In this document: positions 57,705-64,000 of the stretch, piece by piece
Position numbering within the stretch: position 1 is the stretch's first letter
How the letters are laid out: every line of letters begins with the position of its first letter
Assembly: GCA_020444475.1 (NCBI GenBank)
Contig: JAHLKV010000004.1
Coordinates: 6,494 to 70,493, forward strand
Length of the DNA: 64,000 nt
Source of the DNA: a bacterium
GTDB lineage: Bacteria; Zixibacteria; MSB-5A5; GN15; FEB-12
Direction: 5' to 3'
Translations under genes and position numbers: made by a program
The notes under the pieces: generated by a model
The model's input: the letters and a program-made list of their open reading frames with translations, nothing else
The model's database searches: none
Told to the model about the DNA's origin: nothing

Positions 57705-58565
57705 ATGCTGTTCTTTGTTGGCGCAATTGTAGTTCTGGGGAGCGTGCTTGGCGGTTTCATGTGGCATGGCGGACATCCGCTGGCTCTGAATCAGCCGAAC
57801 GAGGTCCTTATTATCGGCGGCGCCGCTCTTGGCTCCCTGATCATTGCCACGCCGATGCCGGTCATCAAGGCGATAATCGGCCAATTGCTGGGTGTTCTCA
57901 CGGGCGGCGGCTACAAGAAGCAGGACTATCTGGACCTGCTGGTTATGATGTATGAGATTTTCAACGTGGCTCGTCGGGATGGTCTGGTCGGCCTCGAAAA
58001 CCATATCGAGCATCCCCACGAGAGTGAGATTCTCAAGCGATATCCCAAGTTCCTCAAAAACCACCACGCCGTGGCGTTTTTCGCCGACACCATGCGCGTC
58101 ATCATCTCCGGGTCGGTTCAGCCGCATGATCTGGAAGATCTCATGGATTCTGATCTCGAAGTGCTTCACGATGACGAAGGGCGTCCCGGAGATGCTGTCG
58201 GTGCGGTCGCCGATGCGCTCCCCGGCCTGGGTATTGTCGCGGCGGTACTTGGTATCGTTATCACGATGGCGAAACTCGACGGTGGTCCGGAGGTGATCGG
58301 CCATTCCGTCGCGGCCGCACTCGTCGGCACGTTTATGGGTGTGTTGGCCTGCTACGGTTTCGTGGGGCCGATTGCCCAGAGCATGAAGCACAAAGTGAGG
58401 GAAAACGGGCAGTACCTCGTGTGCATGAAGCAGGCGCTGCTGTCGTTCCACAAGGGCGTGGCCGGTGTAATCGCCGTGGAGTTCGCCCGGCGCTCACTGT
58501 TCGCCGATGTTCGCCCCGATTTCCTCGAACTCGAGGAGGCCTGCAACCAGGCTAAACGCAGGTAA
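57705..58565 (+). CDS. motA: Flagellar stator protein MotA
   Basis: 286 aa. FVGAIVVLGSVLGGFMWHGGHPLALNQPNEVLIIGG..., ALPGLGIVAAVLGIVITM, LVGTFMGVLACYGFVGP. Confidence 0.9.
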   Translation: MLFFVGAIVVLGSVLGGFMWHGGHPLALNQPNEVLIIGGAALGSLIIATPMPVIKAIIGQLLGVLTGGGYKKQDYLDLLVMMYEIFNVARRDGLVGLENHIEHPHESEILKRYPKFLKNHHAVAFFADTMRVIISGSVQPHDLEDLMDSDLEVLHDDEGRPGDAVGAVADALPGLGIVAAVLGIVITMAKLDGGPEVIGHSVAAALVGTFMGVLACYGFVGPIAQSMKHKVRENGQYLVCMKQALLSFHKGVAGVIAVEFARRSLFADVRPDFLELEEACNQAKRR

Positions 58566-58570
58566 TCGCC

Positions 58571-59425
58571 ATGGCTGAAAACGAACAGCCAATCATCATA
58601 AAACGTGTCAAGAAGCATGGCCACGGCCATCACGGCGGTTCGTGGAAGGTGGCGTTTGCCGACTTCATGACGGCCATGATGGCCTTTTTCCTCGTGATGT
58701 GGCTGGTCGGCCAGTCCGACCAGGTCAAGAAAAACGTCAGTGAGTACTTCCGCGATCCCGGCAAGTATCAAACAAAAGGTTCTTCGGGCGTGCTCAAGGG
58801 AAGCACCTCCGTCTTGAAGCGTGATGGTGACGCCGCCAGTACGGTAGTCAAACAGATCGTGAAGAAAGAGCACCTGCCCAGCGCCGAAGAGCAGAAGAAG
58901 ATGGCCGTCGCCGCGCAGGGCATCCTGAACGAACTGGAGAAGCAGTCCGCGTTTCAACGCCTCAAGAAAAACGTCAAACTGCAGATGACCTCCGAGGGCC
59001 TTCGGATCATCTTGAACGAGTCCGAAAACGCCCCGGCGTTTTTCGAGCCCGGCAGTTCCAAGTTGCTCCAGAAGAGCGCCATTATCCTCGTGACTATCGC
59101 CCGCCAATTGGGTCAACTCCAGAACAGCCTCGTCGTTGAGGGTCATACCGACCAATCGAGGACAGGTGATGCCGGCTATTCAAACTGGGAGCTGTCGGCT
59201 GATCGCGCCAATTCCGCGCGCCAGTTGATGGAAGTTTCCGGCCTGCGCAAGGGTCAGGTGCGGGAGGTACGAGGTTATGCGGATAAGATTCCGATGATCG
59301 CGCATTCACCGGAGGATCCCCGCAACCGTCGGGTGAGCATCCTCGTGCTCTACCAGGCACGGGAACTGGCGTACGATCAGATGGAAGTCGGCTCGGATCT
59401 GATGGCCGAGATAGGCGACCAGTAG
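58571..59425 (+). CDS. motB: Flagellar stator protein MotB (OmpA-like C-terminus)
   Basis: 284 aa. GGSWKVAFADFMTAMMAFFLVMWL contains the conserved TM Asp. OmpA-like end: GHTD...NWELSADRANSARQ...RRVSILV. Confidence 0.9.
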   Translation: MAENEQPIIIKRVKKHGHGHHGGSWKVAFADFMTAMMAFFLVMWLVGQSDQVKKNVSEYFRDPGKYQTKGSSGVLKGSTSVLKRDGDAASTVVKQIVKKEHLPSAEEQKKMAVAAQGILNELEKQSAFQRLKKNVKLQMTSEGLRIILNESENAPAFFEPGSSKLLQKSAIILVTIARQLGQLQNSLVVEGHTDQSRTGDAGYSNWELSADRANSARQLMEVSGLRKGQVREVRGYADKIPMIAHSPEDPRNRRVSILVLYQARELAYDQMEVGSDLMAEIGDQ

Positions 59426-59434
59426 CGCCCGGCC

Positions 59435-59929
59435 TCAGGGCAGATAGTGGCCCGGCAACGGAACGGTCGGGGTCTCATCCTCCCAGAAAACCGTCACCAC
59501 CCACCAGCGATTCCGATGATACACGAGCTGGATGCTGTTGATACCCCGTGTGAACGGCTCCCCGCCGTCGGCGAAGGTCGATTGGTAGGTGCTCCAGACA
59601 TGGACAATGCCGCCGAACTGCTCCACTCGTCGGGCAATCTCCTTCTCAATGAAGCCTCGTCGGAGGAATTGGCCGGCTCGAAGTACGGGACCGGATCGGG
59701 TAATGAACCCTTCGGTAGTCATGGTCTGCACTTCGGGCATGGCGCCCGGGCGTCGGGGAATCAAACGACCTGAGTCGAGGAAGAGCGAGCGAAGTCGATT
59801 CCAGTTCGGCTCAGAGCCCGGTTCGAAGGAAATCGATTCGTACAAGGCTGCGATTATACCATCGACCGATCCGATGTCGTTCGGATCCGCCACGAACCGT
59901 TCTACCGGACTGCCCGCACTACCGGTCAT
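59435..59929 (-). CDS. Hypothetical protein, NTF2-like fold suspected
   Basis: 164 aa, no signal peptide. The pattern GIIAALYESISF...SIQLVYHRNRWWVVTVFWE resembles DUF4440/SnoaL-like proteins (weak). Confidence 0.5.
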   Translation of the reverse strand: MTGSAGSPVERFVADPNDIGSVDGIIAALYESISFEPGSEPNWNRLRSLFLDSGRLIPRRPGAMPEVQTMTTEGFITRSGPVLRAGQFLRRGFIEKEIARRVEQFGGIVHVWSTYQSTFADGGEPFTRGINSIQLVYHRNRWWVVTVFWEDETPTVPLPGHYLP

Positions 59930-60055
59930 GCCTGTAACTCCCTTCCGATGAATTGGTGATAAGGTGATCTGGGACTAATCATATGAATATGATCGGCGGA
60001 GGCAAGCCTTTTGGCGAGGAATCGACATCGGCAGGGAGCCGCGGGCGAGGGCAGG

Positions 60056-61600
60056 CTAATACTGCCGGCTGAGTTCGACAGCCTTCTCGATGTCCAGCAC
60101 GCGGAACGACTCTCCGGAAAAGCGGCGGTCGTCGGCGGTTTTCAGCAGGATGTCTTTGATCGTTTCGTGGGTCAGGCTGTTGTCACCATCCCGGGCCACC
60201 ATGAGCGCGATTGTTCCGGCCACGCGCGGGGCCGCTTCGCTCGTACCGTAGCCGACACCGTAAAGGTCGGTCACGGGGAGGCCTTCACGCTCGTACGACT
60301 GACGCAGCGTTTTTGTGAGGGCGCGCGACAGGGCAACTTCGACCAGACCGCCCTCGGCGTAGATCTCCGGTTTCATCACTTCGAGTTCCGGCCGTTCGGC
60401 GCGGGTCGGTCCGCGGCTTGAAAAATGGGAAATGCCGCCGACGGGAAAACGCGAAGCGTAGACCTGTCGGGTCGAACTCGACATCAGGCGCGCCGCCTGT
60501 GAGTTCACCGAACCTACCGTCAACGCCTGCCTGACGTTGCCGCCGGTCAGGACTTTGTAGTAGTTGTCATGGTCGTCTTCGACCACCGCTTTCCCCAGCG
60601 TCTCCGGCCAGACGAAAGTGACGTACGCGTCCCAGATACCGCCCAGGTCGTTCAGGTCCTCGATTTTCACCCGCCAGCGTCCCTGCGCCAAAAGGCCGCA
60701 GTCTTCGTCGGTTCGCGGCTTCTCCGGCGGGTCCACCATCCGAATCTTCACAGCTCCCCAGCGAAGGGTATCGACGCGGTCGTTCTCTATAAACACGACC
60801 CCTTCGGGACTCGTCCTCACCACCGACTCTCCATTGGGCTCGGCCGGACCGAATACAGAACCCTCGGGCGAGACTACCGAGACCTGGTACTGTGACGAGG
60901 TCGGGTACCACAGTTCGAGATAGCAGCGATCATCGCCGGCGACGTCGGGAGTGGTGTTGATGTCGAGGCGGAACTCTCTGGTGCCGATCCCCCGAGCGTG
61001 CAGCTTGTTGTTGCCGAACCGCACCGGATAGTCCGGGTCAAAGTTGTCGTTCCCGGCGGCCACCACGACGCCTTTCAACAGGTTGCCGCCGTTCTTGTCA
61101 TTGAGCAATCGACTGAGGGCTCCTTCGAGCGGATCCGACTCGCCATCACGCGCGCCGCTTCGGTACCCATGACAGAGGCACAAGACATAGGGCAGGTTGA
61201 GTGAGTCGGCCGCGTAGCGAATGAACTGAATGCCCCAGTTGAGTTCGATATCGCTGGCGCCATCGTTGACCTTGACGACAACCAACTCAGCGTCGGGAGC
61301 AACACCGAACTTCGACCCGACCGCTACCGATGCTATTCGCGTTCCGTGTCCAAGGGTGTCGACCTGGGGACACTGGCCGGCATCGATATCGCCGCGGGTA
61401 TAGACCGAGCCGAAGCCGAGATAGGAGTTATCCCCCGTCGTATCGTTCTGGTCCCAGAGCAGCAACACTTTGCTGCTGCCGTCGCCACGGATGAAGTCAG
61501 GATGGGAGAGGTCGATACCGGAATCGACAAAGCCAATCAGGACGCGCGATTGTTCTGTTGTGGAAGGTGCAGTCTCAGTTAGTTGCGAGTCTTTTTTTTT
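60056..61600 (-). CDS. S8 (subtilisin-family) serine peptidase, catalytic portion; -1 frame relative to 61579..62064
   Basis: Catalytic Asp in VLIGFVDSGIDLSHPDF (upstream of the first possible start codon in this frame, GTG 61468), His in GHGTRIASVAVG, Ser in GTSEAAPRVAGTIALM. The frame is open back through the A9 tract. Confidence 0.85.
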   Translation of the reverse strand, partial: KKKDSQLTETAPSTTEQSRVLIGFVDSGIDLSHPDFIRGDGSSKVLLLWDQNDTTGDNSYLGFGSVYTRGDIDAGQCPQVDTLGHGTRIASVAVGSKFGVAPDAELVVVKVNDGASDIELNWGIQFIRYAADSLNLPYVLCLCHGYRSGARDGESDPLEGALSRLLNDKNGGNLLKGVVVAAGNDNFDPDYPVRFGNNKLHARGIGTREFRLDINTTPDVAGDDRCYLELWYPTSSQYQVSVVSPEGSVFGPAEPNGESVVRTSPEGVVFIENDRVDTLRWGAVKIRMVDPPEKPRTDEDCGLLAQGRWRVKIEDLNDLGGIWDAYVTFVWPETLGKAVVEDDHDNYYKVLTGGNVRQALTVGSVNSQAARLMSSSTRQVYASRFPVGGISHFSSRGPTRAERPELEVMKPEIYAEGGLVEVALSRALTKTLRQSYEREGLPVTDLYGVGYGTSEAAPRVAGTIALMVARDGDNSLTHETIKDILLKTADDRRFSGESFRVLDIEKAVELSRQY

Positions 61601-62064
61601 GAAGCCGTATGATCGCCGGCGTCGGCAGGAAAAGCCTGCCAGTCGGAACGACTCGCATGGTAGCCGCGCGGGGAAGCCGGAGCGATGGTTTCGACAAAAT
61701 CCAGATCGTCGATAGCAGGAAGTTGCTCCAGACGAACCTTCGCCGAAAAGAGATTGTCGATCTGAACCAGCGTGCGGAGATTCATCTGCTCAAACGTCGA
61801 CCGGGCGGCGGCGGTATCCGATGGCGAGGTCGTGATGAAGACTCCCACGAATGTGGTGTCACCAATCCGATCGCACATGACGGCATCACGGAGCACATCC
61901 AGCATCGCCGGATTACCGCTGATGGCCGCATAGTAGAAGTCGTCAAGTTCGTACAGGGCTTTGTCGAGCTTGCGATCTTCGCTCAGCACGGCGCCGGGCG
62001 CCAGAACCAGGCCCAGGGCGAGTACGAAAAAGACGAATATGACAATGGATGATTTCATGTTCAC
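61579..62064 (-). CDS. S8 peptidase N-terminal portion (signal peptide + pro-domain-like region), ends 3 codons after the A9 tract
   Basis: 161 aa. Signal peptide (IVIFVFFVLALGLVLAPGAVLS), I9/pro-domain-like segment (TFVGVFITTS...LFSAKVRLEQLPAIDDLDFVETIAPA). Ends ..HTASKKKTRN*. Confidence 0.75.
   Translation of the reverse strand: MNMKSSIVIFVFFVLALGLVLAPGAVLSEDRKLDKALYELDDFYYAAISGNPAMLDVLRDAVMCDRIGDTTFVGVFITTSPSDTAAARSTFEQMNLRTLVQIDNLFSAKVRLEQLPAIDDLDFVETIAPASPRGYHASRSDWQAFPADAGDHTASKKKTRN
61591..61600 (-). other. A9G homopolymer / A_AAA_AAG slippery heptamer at the frame junction of the S8 peptidase
   Basis: The mRNA sense strand reads GCU UCA AAA AAA AAG ACU CGC AAC UAA. The -1 frame continues AAA AAA AAA GAC UCG CAA CUA (KKKDSQL...) into the catalytic domain. 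Confidence 0.9.
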
Positions 62065-62310
62065 GGCCTATAATGATAGAGAACAGACCATGCGTCAACA
62101 GGATTCGGAGTCGTTAACAATCAAATAACATACCACTAACAAAATCCTAACACAACGATGACGATACTGAGCATGCCGCCTAAGCGATTGCATCAAAGCA
62201 GCTTATGCGAATAAGGCGCCGCCGCCGCGGTTTTCGGACATGGATAAGATAAGTCCATTATACGAGCTGTCGCATTCTGCCGACCGGCGCTTGAACCGGA
62301 CGCAAAAAAC

Positions 62311-62339
62311 TTGGCGGGACGTTCACATTCCCGTATACT
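62311..62339 (+). promoter_or_regulatory. Sigma70-like promoter candidate
   Basis: TTGGCG (62311..62316), 17-nt spacer, TATACT (62334..62339). Confidence 0.45.
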
Positions 62340-62364
62340 GTGCCGTCAAAGAAATAGCAAGCTA

Positions 62365-62395
62365 CCCCGGTAAGACCCTTGCCGGGGGTTTTTGT
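62365..62395 (+). terminator. Rho-independent terminator-like hairpin 40 nt upstream of mfd
   Basis: CCCCGGTAAG (62365..62374) pairs with CTTGCCGGGG (62378..62387), one G-U pair, 3-nt loop, followed by GTTTTTGTGTT. Confidence 0.6.
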
Positions 62396-62432
62396 GTTGG
62401 CTTTAGATACGCCGGAGTACATTGGACACCGC

Positions 62433-64000
62433 ATGGAAACTCGCACCGCAAAAGAAAAAAGCCTTCTGGCACAGGTTGGTCAGCGATTTGTCACCGGCCG
62501 CGCCTTCACACGTCTGACGGAATATCTGGATCAGGCCTTGCCGGGTTCGCCCTGTATGGTAGCGGGCCTGGCCGGGTCGTCATCGGCACTCCTCATTCAG
62601 TCGCTGGTGTCGACGGGCCGACGTCCGGTGATCGCCATTACGCAGCGTTCCGAAGAAGCCAATGATCTTTATGACGATCTGATGTTCCTGCTCGGTCCCG
62701 ACCGGGTGGGGCATTATCCTTCGCGGCAGATTCTTCCGTATGATTTTCGCGCTCCGGTCGGTGAGATCATGGGCAAGCGTATTTCCACCCTGGCTGGTCT
62801 CAAGACACACTCACTGGATGTGGTCGTCGCGCCCATCCGGGCCCTGATGGAGCCGACGCTTCCGGCGCACCGACTCGGGTCGACCATGATCGATCTCACC
62901 GTCGGCGATGAGCAGGACATCGACGAACTGGTAGACAAGTTAGTGGCGCTCGGTTTCCATCGCGTGCCGCTGGTGGAAGAGGTTGGCGATTTCGCCCGGC
63001 GGGGCGGACTGGTGGACTTTTTTACTCCCGGCGCCGATGCCCCGGTGCGCGTGGAGTTTTTCGGCGATGAGATCGACACCATCCGGCATTTCGATGTCGG
63101 CAGCCAGCGCACGATAGACTCACAGCAACGCGTGACGCTGCTTCCGCGGCGAGAGATTCCCATCACCCAGGAGACTCTGGAGCAGTATCTCACCGAACTC
63201 CCCGAGGACGATTCGGACTATATCCGCCGACGGTATGTCAACGATCCCGAACTTCCCGGTCTCGAGTGGCTGGCATTGCTGTTTGGTATCGAACAAGGGC
63301 GTCTGACGGATTACTTCCCCGACGAAAGCCTGCTCTTTTTCGATGGTCGCGGGACGATCGCGGGAGAGGCCGATGCGGTTTTCGACGAAGCGGTCACGCT
63401 TCGCGAGCGTCTCTCCGGCCGACTCGCGCGGTTGCCTGAGCCGAGCGAGTACTATCTGACGCGTGAAGACCTGATGGCCGTATTGGATCGATTCAAGGCG
63501 GTCGACAAGGTGCCTTTTAAGGGCGGGCGGGGTGAGACGATCAGTTTCGACTGCCGCGAGCATCCGGCGCTTGGCTCGCGCCTGGATCTGCTGGGGGAGA
63601 CGATTAGGGAGTACGAAGCGGCCGGCATGGTCTATTTTATCGCTACTGACTCTTCGGGACAGGCGGCCCGACTGGACGAGTTGATCGCGGAGAAAGCGAA
63701 GCTGGATTCGCGACCACCGATCGAGGTTGCCGACCTCAAGGGCGGGTTTGTTTGTCCGTCCGACGGCTTAGCTATCCTGACCGACCATCAGATTTTCAGC
63801 CGCTACCATCGCCGCATCCGCCGCAAGAAGTTCAAAGAGGGTGTGGCGATCGCCGACTATTCTTCGTTGAACCACGGTGACTATGTCGTTCACACCGATC
63901 ACGGTATCGCCCGGTATATCAAGCTGGAAACACTCACCGTCGATGGGCGCAATCGCGACTGCCTGCTCTTGCAGTACGCGGAAAAAGACAAGCTCTATGT
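62433..64000 (+). CDS. mfd: Transcription-repair coupling factor, 3' end beyond window
   Basis: Open frame from ATG 62433 to the window edge (not listed in the ORF track). UvrB-homology N-terminal region (VAGLAGSSSALLIQSL..., GDFARRGGLVDFFTPGADAPVRVEFFGDEIDTIRHFDVGSQRT) and the start of the RNAP-interacting domain (DYVVHTDHGIARYIKLETLTVDGRNRDCLLLQYAEKDKLY). Confidence 0.92.
   Translation, partial: METRTAKEKSLLAQVGQRFVTGRAFTRLTEYLDQALPGSPCMVAGLAGSSSALLIQSLVSTGRRPVIAITQRSEEANDLYDDLMFLLGPDRVGHYPSRQILPYDFRAPVGEIMGKRISTLAGLKTHSLDVVVAPIRALMEPTLPAHRLGSTMIDLTVGDEQDIDELVDKLVALGFHRVPLVEEVGDFARRGGLVDFFTPGADAPVRVEFFGDEIDTIRHFDVGSQRTIDSQQRVTLLPRREIPITQETLEQYLTELPEDDSDYIRRRYVNDPELPGLEWLALLFGIEQGRLTDYFPDESLLFFDGRGTIAGEADAVFDEAVTLRERLSGRLARLPEPSEYYLTREDLMAVLDRFKAVDKVPFKGGRGETISFDCREHPALGSRLDLLGETIREYEAAGMVYFIATDSSGQAARLDELIAEKAKLDSRPPIEVADLKGGFVCPSDGLAILTDHQIFSRYHRRIRRKKFKEGVAIADYSSLNHGDYVVHTDHGIARYIKLETLTVDGRNRDCLLLQYAEKDKLY

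Noticed and set aside
57705-59425. motAB standing alone without other flagellar genes, considered as a possible non-flagellar (for example secretion or gliding) motor
   Set aside because: Both proteins look like canonical flagellar stator subunits (MotB TM Asp, OmpA-like peptidoglycan-binding end), and MCP genes are present in the window. Isolated motAB loci are common in flagellated bacteria.
62240-62665. 141-aa + strand ORF upstream of and overlapping mfd
   Set aside because: It runs through a promoter-like element and a strong terminator hairpin, then overlaps the mfd start out of frame. The sequence is non-descript. The mfd frame (open from 62433 to the window edge) explains the region.

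Overview
GC-rich chromosomal window with about 46 protein genes and one tRNA. I recognised no rRNA, CRISPR array, transposase, integrase or phage genes. Two secreted proteins end in T9SS-type C-terminal sorting domains (..NYPNPFNP..KMLLLK), so the source is probably an uncultivated FCB-superphylum-like bacterium (inference only). Gene order: (1) two tandem [PAS/coiled-coil/LuxR regulator + methyl-accepting chemotaxis protein] modules; (2) CBS protein + DASS-type transporter; (3) surface-protein genes (3x DUF4397 T9SS cargo, fasciclin, DUF378); (4) a light-response unit (MerR/B12-binding regulator, class II photolyase, SRPBCC protein); (5) a second T9SS cargo protein; (6) aminotransferase, cytochrome bd oxidase cydAB, membrane-anchored peroxiredoxin-like protein; (7) hybrid PAS histidine kinase; (8) a Crp/Fnr-boxed cluster: alginate-export-type OM barrel, HAO-family octahaem cytochrome, 3-TM multihaem cytochrome, Crp/Fnr regulator and two Fe-S proteins; (9) carAB; (10) a glycogen/trehalose cluster glgB-wHTH-treZ-GH57-treY-malQ, preceded by a maltokinase C-terminal remnant; (11) a third PAS-LuxR regulator, DUF2914, M48 protease, SemiSWEET, bacterioferritin, initiator tRNA-Met, CPA2 antiporter, motAB; (12) an S8 serine peptidase split by a -1 frame change inside an A9 tract; (13) the 5' part of mfd. 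Most worth a second look: the barrel + HAO-like + membrane cytochrome module with twin TTGAC-N4-GTCAA boxes; the peptidase interrupted exactly at a dnaX-type A_AAA_AAG slippery heptamer; the MCP with two tandem CZB-type zinc-binding motifs in its predicted periplasmic domain; the gene-converted MCP pair; and a promoter-plus-terminator mini unit upstream of mfd. All functional calls rest on motifs read by eye and recalled family knowledge; no database search was possible. Many long ORFs in the six-frame track are antisense artefacts of GC-rich DNA and were rejected.
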